This document shows, in pieces, positions 63,745-64,000 of a DNA stretch of 64,000 bases (position 1 is its first letter; every line of letters starts with the position of its first letter). The position numbers and the translations under genes are program-made. Source of the stretch: Alphaproteobacteria bacterium (GTDB lineage: Bacteria > Pseudomonadota > Alphaproteobacteria > GCA-2731375); contig CBDDPY010000002.1 of NCBI GenBank assembly GCA_965232515.1, positions 6,112,001 through 6,176,000 of the forward strand, written 5' to 3'. The notes below the pieces were generated by a model. It was given only the letters and a program-made list of their open reading frames with translations. It was not told the DNA's origin and searched no databases.

Positions 63745-64000
63745 TGCAGCCCCACGCTCTGTTACGACCCCGGCCGGAGTGTAGCCGATGGCGGAGCCAG
63801 CGGACAGTCGTCGATCAAGTAGCTCATGCAATGCGGGACAGCAGATTCGCTCGTTGACGCGCGATATCTGATCTTACCGGATTCACGATCCGTTACTTTT
63901 GCCCGCGACCATACATGTGTCGGAATGGTGACACGGCGAAGAATAGTCGACGCCGAACACCTTGACGCTATTGCAATTGCGGGACGGAATATTGCATCTT

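Noticed and set aside
63840-64000. AT-richer end with TTGACG and GCAATTGC palindrome
   Set aside because: Probably the promoter of a gene beyond the window edge; cannot be assigned.

Overview
GC-rich bacterial chromosomal window. Gene content (DUF1285/MoxR/DUF58/DUF4159 block, glpSTPQUV-type transporter, GTCA-type REP) points to an alphaproteobacterium. About 67 genes: housekeeping (CCA/poly(A) nucleotidyltransferase, NudL, ilvD, glpKDR and a glycerol ABC transporter), CoA-dependent catabolic clusters, three glutathione S-transferase (GST)-like genes and several regulators. The main result is two genes that the ORF track breaks at an in-frame TGA lying at a redox-cysteine position. They are best read as selenoproteins: a GST (17064-17756, minus, motif U-P-W-V-Q-R) and a 571-aa UGSC-type protein (59671-61386, minus, motif C-U-G-A-C). 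Both TGAs are followed by similar hairpins (stem from +12, identical GCCGUGAU at +16..+23), a candidate shared SECIS. The UGSC-type gene sits with an Fe/2OG dioxygenase, a GcvA-like LysR, two D-cysteine desulfhydrase-family paralogs, a GNAT and a TauE exporter, a candidate undescribed selenium-dependent amino-acid/sulfur pathway. A 268-bp highly structured MITE-like element supplies the stop codons of two convergent genes (5523-5790). I recognised no rRNA, tRNA, CRISPR, transposase or sel machinery gene. All family calls are by-eye motif recognition, not database searches.
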